This document shows, in pieces, positions 12,556 through 25,612 of a DNA stretch of 64,000 bases (its first letter is position 1; every line of letters starts with the position of its first letter). A program made the position numbers and the translations under genes. This DNA comes from Octopus bimaculoides (taxonomy: Eukaryota). The notes beneath the pieces are model-generated. The model saw only the letters and a program-made list of their open reading frames with translations, was not told the origin of the DNA and did no database searches. The stretch covers positions 170,472,923-170,536,922 of the forward strand of contig NC_068981.1 of NCBI RefSeq assembly GCF_001194135.2, read 5' to 3'.

Positions 12556-14904
12556 GTTTAGAAAAAATAGTATATCAGCTGAAATATATAAGAGAACATT
12601 TTCTTTAATTAGTGCCAAACATTACAACATAAATCATCCTCCTGAGAATATGTCAAGTTAATTAAACACGATCAGTTTAAAATGGAAACCGTGTCGTTAA
12701 TATGGTCTACTTGGGCTACTTGTATTAGTTTCGTACTTTGATAGTCGCGGAAAAAAACATTCTAAACTGCGAGGGACATCCTTGATGCTAATGTGAAAAG
12801 TGTCTGTAAATAATTAATCATCATTAAAGTAATCTTGAATGTCATCTATAGAGCATGATATTTAGATGTTACTTTGGTTTCCATTTATCTATAGTAAACA
12901 TCTATTAAAATTTGCTACTTTATTTCATGGAAAGCAAAATTCTATTTTATTTGTTTGTATATATACGCTTTAGAAGTTGAAAGTCGAAATGTTATTGTCT
13001 AGGAACTTGTGCATTTGTTTAGATACGATCAATGAAATATCCAGATAAAACTCAATAGTAATTCCCCAAAGTAAAGAAAGAAATTAAAGATTAACGAGGA
13101 AAACAATAGAGGGAATAAATTAAACTTTACGCAAACATTTGCAGCTAGTGTCGAATATAATGATTACAACTGAAATCTATTTAGTTTCCGACTGGAACCT
13201 TTCCAACTAGTGTCGCCCTTTTATAAAAAATTATAGAATGATTGTGCTTTTGAAATGAGACTATCTACGTAACGATGTAGAGTGGTTATGTAATATTTCG
13301 GATCCCGGTTGGACATTTTCCGATGCTGAATGCTTTATAAGTGATGACTATTAAGTCATATGATATTGATTATTTGTTTCGACGCCATAGCCTCCAGTTT
13401 CGGAGTTAGAAATAAAAAATACTGATTAATGTTTAAGTAATTTCCAAATACCTTCTCTATGCCTGTTAGAATAGTTTTCGATTATTGAAAATTTGGTATT
13501 TGGTTTCACATCTGTGCAGTTCTAATATATTTGAGGAAAATGGCCAAAAAAGTTATTTATGTAGACTGAATTAAACTTAAAGTGTATTAAATGGTTTCAG
13601 GATACAAACGGGTCATGGCATTGAATGTCGTGAATGTATACAGTTTTGACAAGCTTTGCACAAGAAAACTTTAATTGTTATTAAATTGAGTCGTTTACAT
13701 TGAAAAATGTACATGATATTGAATGATCACTGAAAGTTAACCTGTTCGATTCTCGTACGAAATAATAAAATTAAAGCAACTGCTTTTAAAAGACTTTTCC
13801 ATTGGTTTGAATGAATGGTTATTGATTTGTTGTAAAAATGGAAATCTGCAAATAAAGTTTAGAAATAATAAATAGGTGGTAAATATATTATTCCAAGATA
13901 TATATTTTCTTTAATAAATCTTATGAAAATAGCTTGCAAAAATATGTTTATTTCAAGGGAATATTTTTGTTAATGCAGGTAAAACTAAAACTTTTGTTTA
14001 AAATGGTTAGTTCACTATATAGAGTAGGTTCTTGAAATATATCTGCGTCATTCATGTCCTTGTGTAACTGCGACGAAATATGTGTGCAAATAATATTCAT
14101 ATGAAAACAGGAGCGAATAGTCTGATGTCTTTTAATGCTTATAGAAATGTAAAATATTTCACTAATTTTGAAGAAATGATAAAATAAATAGCGTTGGGGA
14201 TAGATTAATACAAATCATAAGACTTTGTAATGTTTTTTGATATTGTTAAATTATGTAAAGAGGTATACGGGAGCAGAGACATAGAAAGTCAAAGTTAAAC
14301 AGTGGGAAGGGAAAGAAATAGATATTAGCAGGAACCAACGAGGAAATTTGTTCGGTAATAATGGTTTATCGTTGAGGTTAATGCTTTGCTTTATAAATGG
14401 TATTTATCGAGAAAAGTGTGTCATGTTATATATGTCATCTCATATATATGACCTTCGAAACCTTTACGGATTTCATAAGATGAGAATTTGAAATTTCTAA
14501 GAGTCTCTACTATTGTTTTCTTGTTGTGGTATAGCACGTAGTACGTTTTTAGTGCAAGTTATACTTGCCAGGATGGAGAGTTACTATAGCTTAAAATATT
14601 TGTTGCGTGTCTCCTGTTACTAGCGTTAGAAAATTATCAAAACGTTAGTCCAGTTTGTGTTTATAACAAATAATTTCTTATAATTAAAACAAATAGTTCC
14701 TACTAATTTAGGATGAATCATTTTTATTTTCATTTATAGTCATGCAGCAATAAGAAAGGGTAATGGTGTACATACTAAAGTGTTGAATTTCAATAAAATA
14801 TAATTATTTATAACTGTATCATGCTATTGACCAGACTATCAGATGCTTTTATACATCACTAGTCACAAATCGCTTCCATTTCCTTCATGATCACGTCATT
14901 GTTT

Positions 14905-15600
14905 TCTACCTTTTCCCTAATCACTTAACCACGTTGTTTTCCCATCGCCGTGGAAACCTTTCATAGAGCCTTTCACTATCTTTTGGATATTGCTTAGTAG
15001 CTGCACCTACCCACCTGTTGTCTAAACACCTTGCGACATGTCCTGTCCACCGGAAATGGTGCTTTCCTTATTCTGAGATAACATCGTTTACTCCGATCCT
15101 CTCTCCAATTATTTCCTTTTAAATATGCTCTTGCAATAACATTCCCTAGACTGAATTTCCTTTTTCTCTTTGCGTTGTATCCATTCGATGTTCTTCCCTG
15201 TACGTAGTAGCTCGCGTTGCACTTGCGTGTCAGAGCGCATGTAGAACGGTACTTTTGAGGAGTCTGGGACATATGGTCCTTGTTTAGCTTTGCTTTGAGT
15301 ACGTCTTTTCTTCTTGTTAGGTAGATGCCTTCCATCCAGCTTTTCTTCCTGATTTAGTATACAGATCTAGGTGCAAATTCATTGTGTCCCGTAAGTAGAC
15401 GTACACATTTACCTCCTCGACTTCGTCGCAACCCGCCTCTCTTCGGCTCTTTGCGATGTTTCTGGACCTCATTCATTTTGTTTTCATGCGGTTCAGTTTA
15501 AGACCTATTAAGCAGCTATGAATGTCCAGTTCTCCCACATAGTCTACAAATGGTCTGTTGTTTCTGCTAATCGGAGATGTGTTAGTTCGCCGTTATAGGT
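14905..15600 (-). mobile_element. RTE-clade LINE, RT C-terminal part and tail
   Basis: Minus-strand translation: LTHLRLAE (degenerate FADD region), GLKLNRMKTK, VEEVNVYVYL, FRWTGHVARCLDNRW...FPRRWE. Frameshifted; the listed 113 aa ORF is largely out of frame. Confidence 0.85.
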
Positions 15601-16139
15601 TATCAAATAATATTCCTTAATGATATCAGAATTATTTTCTATAATATTGCAGAGCGTGCTCGACATTATAAATTAAAATGGAGTTAGATTCAAGTGACTG
15701 ATAAGTATAAGTGCATGCCATGTATCTCTATAAAATATCAGTAGCCCATATGACATATATATGTATACTCTCGTCATGTGGACACAATATCCAAGACATT
15801 AAATGAATAATAATATCACGAAAGTATTTGTATGCAAAATTCTGCAACATGTGTACTCAAAGTATTGTGTTGGAATGATCAAATAACTTAGAAATAATGA
15901 TTTAATCAACTTTATATCTCTTATTTGAATGCGTACGTATACTTTGATATGATAGTTAGTACCCTTTTGAAGATAAAGGGACATGGTCTCATCTATTTGT
16001 AAATACTTTGCGACAAAAATTCATTGATATTTCCAAAGCTGTCTGGCGAAACCAAAACCCTGTTTCTTTGAAAATGAAGCACACAAATATATTGAAGTGT
16101 TCTCTTACCAGTACCGCTATATTTCTGCACTACTGTTTC

Positions 16140-16330
16140 TTCACTTTTGGTCGCTATTAGCCACACTTATTTTCTTCTGCTTTGGTACCTTTTATTTTAC
16201 TAATTTTCCCACCTTCCTGTCTGAATCATGTGCTTTCATTATTGAATACACATCTGCATTCATACTGCGCACGGCCACTTTCTATTTCTCTTTTTCTTTG
16301 AGTATCAACAATCCTCCATCAACCAGCAGC
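16140..16330 (-). mobile_element. Possible decayed RTE fragment (Cys-rich KWPCAV segment)
   Basis: Minus strand gives RKWPCAV followed by a degenerate GRW..IKG-like segment, resembling the Cys-rich insert of some RTE ORF2s. Many stops. Confidence 0.3.
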
Positions 16331-16499
16331 TAGTTTTTACTTGTAAGATAGATTTAAGGACGATAGAAATGAGGTGAGAGACGATGAGACGTATGGGGAT
16401 AGAGGGACGTCAAAACATGAGATTTAGTTGAGCAAATTCACAGTTTTCTAGATAAAATTTCGTGTGTCTATAAAGACAATAAACATACGGTTTCCAAAC

Positions 16500-17254
16500 C
16501 GTATACTTATTGTCTGAACATACGCTAAATTTGTGCAAAGTTTATTCCGAAGGTGCTTCGTGATAAACAGAAGGAATGAAGCATTCTGGCAGGAAGAAGA
16601 TGGTTGAACTCATATCCTCCAATCCAAGAATATTTAAGTTTTTGCAGACCTGTAACGAAAGCTGGAACTAGTGTTAAGTTCCAGAAACAAAAAGACAAAG
16701 TGCTCAATGTAAGCATCGTAGTTTCCCCAGACCTATGAAGTTCAGGCAAAACAAGTCCACAAGGAGCTCATGATGATCCCTTTTTCAACAGTAATAGCAT
16801 AATCTATATCCAGAGTACTATTTTGCCAGGCGGTCTACATAGAGTGCTTTTTCGAGGCTTTGCGGGAGTTAAAGAAAAGATTCTATCGCAGAAGGCTCTT
16901 CTTCCCAGTGGTTCATTAACAACTGCGGCAAGATAATGCACCTATTTGACTGAGATGGCCATTAACACCTCTCACCGCTCCTACAGTCCAGCCCTTACTC
17001 CCTGTGACTTTTTCTTGTCCCCAAGCTGAAGGAGCGCTTCTTCTCAAAACGTGGATACGATAAAGTAGGCTATAATAAGGAACCTCGACAACTTCACAGG
17101 GGATGACTTCTGTGGGGCCTTCACGAAGTGGCAGTAGCGCTACAACAAGCATTAAATTAAGATGATCCCACATTCAAAGAGATTAGAGTTTTGTATTTCT
17201 TTTTAAATATTTGTCTTTTGTGAAAAAGTGTGAAAACGTCTAGAATGACCAAGT
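16500..17254 (+). mobile_element. Second mariner transposon, 5'-truncated, different subfamily
   Basis: AKFIPKVL, TCNESW..PETKRQS, QDNAP, SYSPALTPCDFFL.PKLKE and FTKWQ*RYNK; TIR-like end near 17225-17254. Confidence 0.88.
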
Positions 17255-18483
17255 AACTTTTGGCAAAACGCACAGAAAATGTGTATTTACAAACGAAAAT
17301 GTAGTAGCTAATCCTGCAAAGTTGAACGAAAGCAAAATATGATGGGCAACGCTAAAGAGGTAATTGAATATAGGTATTACTTTCGCATGACGATGAATAT
17401 ATTTTACTAGAAGCAAATATATTTTATGTCAATATAAAAGCTTCTTTGAAATCTCAGTAGAAAATTTTTTATCGTGATCCAGCTAGGCTGTTCGAATAAA
17501 ATATACATGAGTATGAACAGAATACCACTAACCTAAAAGCAGTACCTAAAAGATACTCTCCAGAGACACACCCAAATGAATTCGGAATGAGTAATTTAAT
17601 GCAAGGAAATGCAAAAACAATCTAAAAATCAAGGGTAATACAGATCCCCAGCTCAAAATATCTATCAAGTGATGAATCGCTTCTTTATTTTTCTTAACCA
17701 AAAGAAACACGGTGAAATGTCTGAGGAAGACTGACTAGTATGGAGTAACAGGAAACGAGCAAATCAGCTGTTGCAACAGCAGTCAACGGATAGTAAACCA
17801 CTGACAAGATGGGCAAAATTATGTGATAACGGAAATAATTTATGGCAGTTACTACATAAATATAGCGACGGGCATCAATTAACTAGTCTATAATGGAAGG
17901 AACTAGAACAAAGAATCTTTTCAAAGATGTGTATGTGACCATTCCTGCATGAAGAAATGCTCATTTCTTATTGCCGATATTTATATAGTAACTTCCTTTT
18001 GCTGACTAAATGTTTAATTCATTGGGATTTTAAAGGTCAAACTCCTGTCAGGTTCGTCAAGCAACAGATAAAAGTTTACTGGCTCATTATTTGTTCTATG
18101 AATTGCAAATTGAATTAATTCGTTTGTTCCCAGCTTATTTTGAAACTCATATGCTCTGAAAGATCAAATGCTGTTCATTAATAGTTAGTGCATCACATAA
18201 CTCCAAAGATGTCAGCAACGAAAATCTACCTTACATTACCTTCAAAATGCAAATTATGACAATTTTCACGAAACAGAGGATAAGATTGTAATCTTGATAA
18301 TGAATAAGGAGTGTAAAAACAGGAGTGCTTTGGAAGAATGTAGCGGTCTGTGAAATGAGAATATTCGTACCACAGTGTACAAGGGATAACAAAATGAACA
18401 GGTAAAATAGAGAATGGGACATCATAAGCATCAAATCTAAATGAAAACACAGTGCTCAGCTGAGTATTTTGAAAATTAATTCA

Positions 18484-18570
18484 ACTTGCCCAAGTCGCCG
18501 CACAGTGACACTGAACTCAAGACTGCATACTTCAGAAGCAACATTTTAGTCACACAGCCACACTTGCGTC
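18484..18570 (-). mobile_element. SINE family A head fragment, old
   Basis: Reverse complement GACGCAAGTGTGGCTGTGTG...GAGTTCAGTGTCACTGTGCGGCGACTTGGGCAAGT aligns to the family A head. Confidence 0.65.
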
Positions 18571-18934
18571 TATGTTGCTAAAAATGTGTAAATTAAATTA
18601 AACTACAAGTGACTGAGAATAAGAGAAAAAGCATATTTATTCCAGAACCAATCAAATGACGCAAATGAAAGAAAGGATAGGGTCACATTATTACTCAGGT
18701 CTGTTTTGTGTCTTTCGTGATTGATTCAGTTATTATTTTCATCATGTTCTGAAGCTTCAAATTAAATTTCTGTTAATCTTTTATACCTCTGAAAATATTT
18801 GAAAATATTTCTTGTGACTAATTCCCAGAAATTTATATTACTGATTTAAATAGCTAAAACATTGCAAATGGATCCAATACTGATGCAAATAACAAACACC
18901 TTTCAAATGATCTGATATAAAAATTACGATATGG

Positions 18935-19235
18935 CATGGAAACATTGGAGAATATAGCTTAAATCGATGGAAGTGTGCCACAAAATATACAACTCTATAT
19001 CAGAAAACATCGTCCTAAATCATTGTGTATCAACGCCGAATATCTTATGACACCTGGAACAGCAGTCCTAGAAGACTAGTGTTTCCGTAAGCTTAAACCG
19101 ATAAGGTACTATCCCCAAGGAAATGTGTCTAACAGTCAGCCTAACATTGACAGAGAACTTTGTCGAAATATTTATGTCGGAATTACAATATGAAGCATTG
19201 CGCAGAAACACACAGGACCGGCAGGCAAAAGAGTT
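18935..19235 (+). mobile_element. Possible decayed RTE LINE tail
   Basis: YGMETL at the start, PQG..SQP and AL..TQDRQ near the end, loosely resembling RTE YGSETW...P.G.R.RGRP...AQDR. Weak. Confidence 0.25.
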
Positions 19236-19888
19236 CTGAAGAACTGAAAATCCATTTAGTCATTCCATGATAAATACAATGAATATTTGAATTGTGGTGT
19301 TTCAATTTTAATAGTTGCAGGCCAATGGCGATTAAAAAGATTCGTTATGACTAAGAACCTTTCATGTCGTCGGTCCGATGTGAATGTTTCATATATTTTA
19401 CAATACTGGAGAGACACTATTAAACCTGATATATTGTAGAGTAGTGAACCTTTAATTTTATAACATTCTCCCAAAATTTTATATTCAGAAACGGCATCAG
19501 TTACAAAAACTCTTTTGAAGTACATATTGTGTACACCCTTTATAATCTCTTCTATGATTTGATATCTGTGCATTGTAAAATATTTTATATTGTAGAATAT
19601 AATATAGATTAAACCTATAATGTTACAGAGTCTTCTCATAGCGTGTAATCAGAATGTTGTGCTAAATTTGAGTCGAGAAAATTCAGGTTATCGGTAAGCT
19701 GATCAGAAAGTTCTTGTTCAGTCTTATATCATTGAACAAAGTTTTCGCCCATGCTGTTTTACTAAATTTTGTAATTGATTAACCTACGGAAAAAGCGCAG
19801 GAATTGTAGCTGGTTTCAGAACCACTGAGAATTCTTATAGGAAGGAATAGCGTTTTCTCAGACGAGAATTTCAGCAGAGGCTGAAATA

Positions 19889-20054
19889 CGATAGAAGACG
19901 ATAAAGATAGTTAGGATGTAAAAGGAATCGAAGGATTAAGTGTAAGGCATAAAGCATGACACATATATATAGATATCGATAGAAGACGATAAAGATAGTG
20001 AGGATATAAAATGAAGCGAAGGATTACGTGTAAGGCATAAAGCATGACATATAC
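19889..20054. repeat. Two-copy 88 bp tandem duplication
   Basis: CGATAGAAGACGATAAAGATAGT.AGGAT.TAAAA...GAAGGATTA.GTGTAAGGCATAAAGCATGACA at 19889 and 19977. Confidence 0.9.
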
Positions 20055-20891
20055 AGGAACAACAAATTACTCTTGATACATGTCACTAATACATAACGAA
20101 CGAATCTATAGCCATCTGCCAACGTGCAGTACATACATACAGACATACATGCATACATACATACATACATACATACATACATACATACATACATACATAC
20201 ATACATACAATACATACATGCATACATGATGGCTGCAAACTCGTGTTCGAGCATTGCTATCCCCCGATCGAAAGTCTCACACATGTGAAGGCTACGACCA
20301 GCCATTTTTGAGATAGTTCTTCCTTTCGTTTTCAAGTAAGCCTGTGCATGATCATTTTTTGATAATGGCGGAAGGATTTGCACAAATCCACTCGTATTCT
20401 CTGAACACGGACAACATAATTTCAAAAAAAAGGAACTAGTCTACATCGAATATCATCAGCATCGCAAGTTTCTTCCAAGAGTTTCTCTCTCCTAGAGGGA
20501 TGTTGTGACAACAGAGGGGCCTCCCATTTTCAGTGGACAAACCGTGCGCCTGGACATCAATCCGGGTATTTCCACGTCCGTGCGCATACATTAATGCACA
20601 TACACAAATGTACACATATTGTTGGATGGCTGTTGACTGCTCATGAGGTTTGCCGCCCTTCGACAAGTCTTATTCGTCATCCTGAAATGTGTCCAACAAT
20701 AACCCTCCTCACCAAGCAAGCTTGATGGGGTCGCCAGTCTACTCGCTCACGACCCAACCCTGCAACAGTTTGTACTTGCTTACATGTTACCTGTCTCGAC
20801 CATACATACATACACAGATACAGACAGACAGGCATAAATACTCACATATATGTGGATATATGTATTTATGTGTGTATATATGAATGCACCC

Positions 20892-20928
<37 letters not shown>

Positions 20929-21633
20929 TATAGACAGGCTGAGAGACAAGCGTTAAATATGATTCATATAGAACCAATCTAAACTATGCTAAACTGCGCT
21001 AAATTCCTAAAAGTGGCACATAAGTACACTCAACGTGCAATTCAAAAGTTGAAGTACTCATATAATATTTAAGCGTTTCCTGAATAATTTCTGTTTTGAA
21101 AATTTTATTAATAATGAATTGGACGATTGTAATTATTCCTAATGGTTTACTAAAATAATTACTTTGAGCCACTTATATATGATAATAGGATGTAATTATT
21201 ATGAAACAACACAAAAACTATATTTTCTCCAGAGCAAAGTCGATTATAATGATTAAGTCAATCTCATAGTACCCAAATTTCTGCCGACTTTATATAAAAC
21301 ATGCAGCATTTTCGTATACACACTCTATAATATGATGATTTAATTCACTTACAATTTGGTAAAAGGTTGAAGTATATATTTTAATTTTGTGAATTCTTAT
21401 TACATCTGATAGAAAACAAATAATTTTAGTCGGAATTTGTTATATTGAAATTATATTTGTGTAGTTTTTATTATATACATTCACACATATTGCAAATGTG
21501 TATGGCTTCAGGGTTATTACATTGCATAAGATTTATTAAGCATTATGCTACCGCATCTGTTCCTATCTGACCCACCTTTGATGACTTTTTAATAATCTAT
21601 TTATTGCTTTCCTAATATTTGAATGCATGTATT

Positions 21634-21710
<77 letters not shown>

Positions 21711-21771
21711 ATATAATATATGTACATATATATATATATAATGAAATAATTACTGTGAAGCATTGTGTAGA

Positions 21772-22077
21772 ATATATTGTATAAAAGATCGGGGCTAAGT
21801 CCAAAATAATGCGAAGTTAATGCAAGGTAAATCACAAGGAAATAAATATGTGAATTAATGTAGGCTTATGTTGTATTCAATATTTCGGGGTTGTGACCCC
21901 ATCCTCAAGAAATTGACGAATGTTGCACATCGGGAACTTTCGTCAGTTTCTTGAATAACCCCGAAATATTGAATACAAGGTAAGTCTACATTAATTCACA
22001 TCTCTGTTTTGTTGTGATTTACCTTGCATTTACTTCGCATTGTTTTGGCCTTACCCACGATCTTTTATACAATATAT
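21772..22077. mobile_element. Fold-back / MITE-like palindrome (~305 bp)
   Basis: ATTGTATAAAAGATCG...CAATATTTCGGGGTT pairs with AACCCCGAAATATTG...CGATCTTTTATACAAT. An inner stem CAAGAAATTGACGAA/TTCGTCAGTTTCTTG is also present. Confidence 0.8.
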
Positions 22078-22140
22078 ATATATATATATAATTATAAAAT
22101 CTGTTAATTAATCATATATTAATTAATATCCATTAATTAT

Positions 22141-22183
22141 CAGGAGGATGGTAAGAATTTGACAAATCCGAAACCGGTCCCTG
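22141..22183 (+). ncRNA. Degenerate PLE-type hammerhead-like motif
   Basis: CAGG-AGGA-T-GG...CC-GAAAC-CG-GTC-CCTG: palindromic helix III (ACCGGT), GUC triplet and CAGG/CCTG helix I, but the CUG of the core is absent. Confidence 0.3.
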
Positions 22184-23706
22184 TTTGAGAATGACTTTTT
22201 AGGTGATTTTAAATGTCTTGACCGCTCACGTTTTTGGTATGCTGCTATATTTCATGTTGAGAACAATTTAGGTCTTNNNNNNNNNNNNNNNNNNNNNNNN
22301 NNNNNNNNNNNNNNNNNNNNNNNNNNNNNNNNNNNNNNNNNNNNNNNNNNNNNNNNNNNNNNNNNNNNNNNNNNNNNNNNNNNNNNNNNNNNNNNNNNNN
22401 NNNNNNNNNNNNNNNNNNNNNNNNNNNNNNNNNNNNNNNNNNNNNNNNNNNNNNNNNNNNNNNNNNNNNNNNNNNNNNNNNNNNNNNNNNNNNNNNNNNN
22501 NNNNNNNNNNNNNNNNNNNNNNNNNNNNNNNNNNNNNNNNNNNNNNNNNNNNNNNNNNNNNNNNNNNNNNNNNNNNNNNNNNNNNNNNNNNNNNNNNNNN
22601 NNNNNNNNNNNNNNNNNNNNNNNNNNNNNNNNNNNNNNNNNNNNNNNNNNNNNNNNNNNNNNNNNNNNNNNNNNNNNNNNNNNNNNNNNNNNNNNNNNNN
22701 NNNNNNNNNNNNNNNNNNNNNNNNNNNNNNNNNNNNNNNNNNNNNNNNNNNNNNNNNNNNNNNNNNNNNNNNNNNNNNNNNNNNNNNNNNNNNNNNNNNN
22801 NNNNNNNNNNNNNNNNNNNNNNNNNNNNNNNNNNNNNNNNNNNNNNNNNNNNNNNNNNNNNNNNNNNNNNNNNNNNNNNNNNNNNNNNNNNNNNNNNNNN
22901 NNNNNNNNNNNNNNNNNNNNNNNNNNNNNNNNNNNNNNNNNNNNNNNNNNNNNNNNNNNNNNNNNNNNNNNNNNNNNNNNNNNNNNNNNNNNNNNNNNNN
23001 NNNNNNNNNNNNNNNNNNNNNNNNNNNNNNNNNNNNNNNNNNNNNNNNNNNNNNNNNNNNNNNNNNNNNNNNNNNNNNNNNNNNNNNNNNNNNNNNNNNN
23101 NNNNNNNNNNNNNNNNNNNNNNNNNNNNNNNNNNNNNNNNNNNNNNNNNNNNNNNNNNNNNNNNNNNNNNNNATATATATAGTGAGAGAGAGAGAGTGAA
23201 AGAAAGAGATGTAAAAAAGGTTGAATATTGATTCGTCCTTTAATTTGGAGGTTTCCCAAAAAGATTTCTAATGGTTCTTCTTCATATTTTGCTGGTAGTT
23301 TACAGGCGTAAATTTGCGAATATGAAAATAATACTTGTATATGATGTGTCGTGAATTTATAGAAAGAAAGCCCATAAAGCTCAACAATTTAGTTAAAAAT
23401 GGAGAAGGCAAGTTGTTAAAATGTATCAGAGAATTTTAATCTATGGAGGCGATCGTTTCGTACGGAGATATTAAAAAGATGCAAATTCATGATTGAAGTG
23501 AATTAAATTAAATTATTCAAATAAATTAAATAATTATACATCAATGTATACTTCAGTGCTGGAAGTATAAAAATAATTTTTACAATGAACTAGAGAAAAG
23601 AAATAGCAGAAGAATAGAATTTAGGAGGTTCATATTTATCATTATGTGAAAGAGATGTTAGTCCAGTTAGTTATTAACTATAAGTAAATTCTATAACGGT
23701 TATTTT

Positions 23707-23835
23707 AAGCCACATGGTTACGGATTCCTTTCCACTGCGGAGCAGCTTGGGCAATTGTCGTCTACTATAGTTACAGGCCGACCAAATCCTTCTGAAAGAA
23801 TTTAGTAGACGGAAACTGAAAGAATCCTGTCATCT
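23707..23835 (+). mobile_element. SINE family A, 5' half (interrupted copy)
   Basis: CCACATGGTTAC...TTGGGCAATTGTCGTCTACTATAG...GGCCGACCAAA...TTTAGTAGACGGAAACTGAAAGAA. Confidence 0.75.
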
Positions 23836-23892
23836 ACACATTCTTATATGTATTATATATATTCTTATATATATAATTATAAAATATAATTA

Positions 23893-24124
23893 AGGGCTAT
23901 GGAATGCCAGCTCCTGTACGCTAAAAGTAGATGTTAAATACCTACAATGCACTCTGAATTAGTTCTCTATTTTAACCCTAGGTCGGATGCGAGGTAATGG
24001 GCAAGAAGATTTACAAAATTTTGGATGATCCGACTTAGGGTTATAAACCGAGAACTAATTTAGAGTGGATTGTTGATATTTGACATCTACTTTTAGCGTA
24101 TAGGCAGTGGCATTCCAGAGCCTT
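23893..24124. mobile_element. MITE-like inverted-repeat element nested inside a family A SINE
   Basis: ~95 bp arms AGGGCTATGGAATGCCA...AACCCTAGGTCGGAT / ATCCGACTTAGGGTT...TGGCATTCCAGAGCCTT, flanked by TA on both sides (23891-23892 and 24125-24126). Confidence 0.85.
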
Positions 24125-24246
24125 TACTTATAATCATATTTTATGATTATTAATTATAATCTTAATGAATTTTATATATATATGTATGCATGTATATATG
24201 TATGTATGTATGCATGCATATATATACATGCATGTATGTATTTATA

Positions 24247-24310
<64 letters not shown>

Positions 24311-24311
<1 letters not shown>

Positions 24312-24526
24312 TTGTCCCTCCATCACTGTTTGAAATTCAGTGTTGCTATGTTTATGTCCCCGTAATCTAGTGGTTCGGCAATGATACCGATAGAGTCAGT
24401 ACTACACTCTAAAATGTAAGTCCTGGCGTCGACTTGTTCTACGAAGTCCCTTCAAGTCTGTGCCCCAACATGGCCGCACTCACATGATTGAAACAAGTAA
24501 CAGAATAATGAATACAAGAATAAAAG
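24311..24526 (+). mobile_element. SINE family A, 3' half (same interrupted copy)
   Basis: TTTATGTCCCCGTAATCTAGTGGTTCGGCAA..ACCGATAGAG...CATGGCCGCA...TGAAACAAGTAA matches the 3' half of the 63574-63990 copy. Confidence 0.8.
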
Positions 24527-24634
24527 TATACGTGTGTGTCCACGTTTGTGTGTGTGTGTGCATGCGTTTGTCTGTGTGTGTGTGTGTGAGTGTTTATGCG
24601 TGTTTGTGTGCTCTCATCTACATATGTATGTATG

Positions 24635-24911
24635 TATCATCATAAATATACAGGGATTAGCATTGAGTTGCTTTTCCAACATACTGAAAATTTAGAAATA
24701 GCAGTCAAAGAACTACTGATTCTAAACTACACATTTTTCTCTAAACGGATGGCGATATTTATGGCACACATAGAACAAAAAACCGAAATATCGCCATCCG
24801 TTTAGAGAAAAATTTGTAGTTTAGAATCAGTAGTTCTTTGACTGCTATTTCTAAATTTTCAGTATGTTGGAGAAGCAGCTCAATGCTAAACCCTGTATAT
24901 TTATGATGATA
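24635..24911. mobile_element. Near-perfect fold-back / MITE-like element (277 bp)
   Basis: 126 bp arms (24635-24760 and 24786-24911) with 4 mismatches by manual comparison, a 25 bp spacer and TA at both ends. Confidence 0.9.
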
Positions 24912-25551
24912 AATGGTTTTACCGATAAAGGTTTTTTCATACTGAACTACTTGGCAAAATTGTTAATTATTAATTCTATTATTAATTGACGATTCCCTGC
25001 CCTTATTCTTGTATGTATGTATGTATGTATATTACACTTGTGATATTAGATTTTCCAAAAAAGGAAAAATAGCAGTAGCACATTTCAGTCTGTGTGAAAT
25101 TTAAATATTTCTTGTGTTCTGAATACACAAGAATCGAAAGCACTATCAATTAAAAGGGAAACATTTGTTACATGTTTGAATTTTTCTCTACGTGCAAGAT
25201 CACAACTTAATACTTTCCTATGTTAAGTTATAAGATAATATGAACAAATGTTTTGCTGCTCACTAAACAAGATTAGGTCCAATGAACGTATTTCAAAATT
25301 GAGGCCTATATATACCTATATATACCATTTTTAATTATTTGTAGTTAAATTTATTGCATTCAGAAGTGCAATATTTAGTGAGATTTGAATGCCGACACTA
25401 TGAGATTGATATATCATGTTGTAGATTCTTTGTTGGGAAGTGACAGCACAATGTGGCATACGTTCATGTGAAGGAAAAATAAACACATACACTTTCACAC
25501 ACTACATACAGGTGTGCACGAACGACAGTCAAAGATATGATATACCATAAG

Positions 25552-25612
<61 letters not shown>

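Noticed and set aside
14994-15335. 113 aa ORF with a KRKRK stretch resembling a nuclear localisation signal
   Set aside because: It overlaps a frameshifted RTE LINE; the conserved RTE motifs lie in other frames.
19256-19639. 127 aa non-repetitive minus-strand ORF
   Set aside because: No recognisable domain or splice context; AT-rich codons consistent with chance. BLASTP would settle it.
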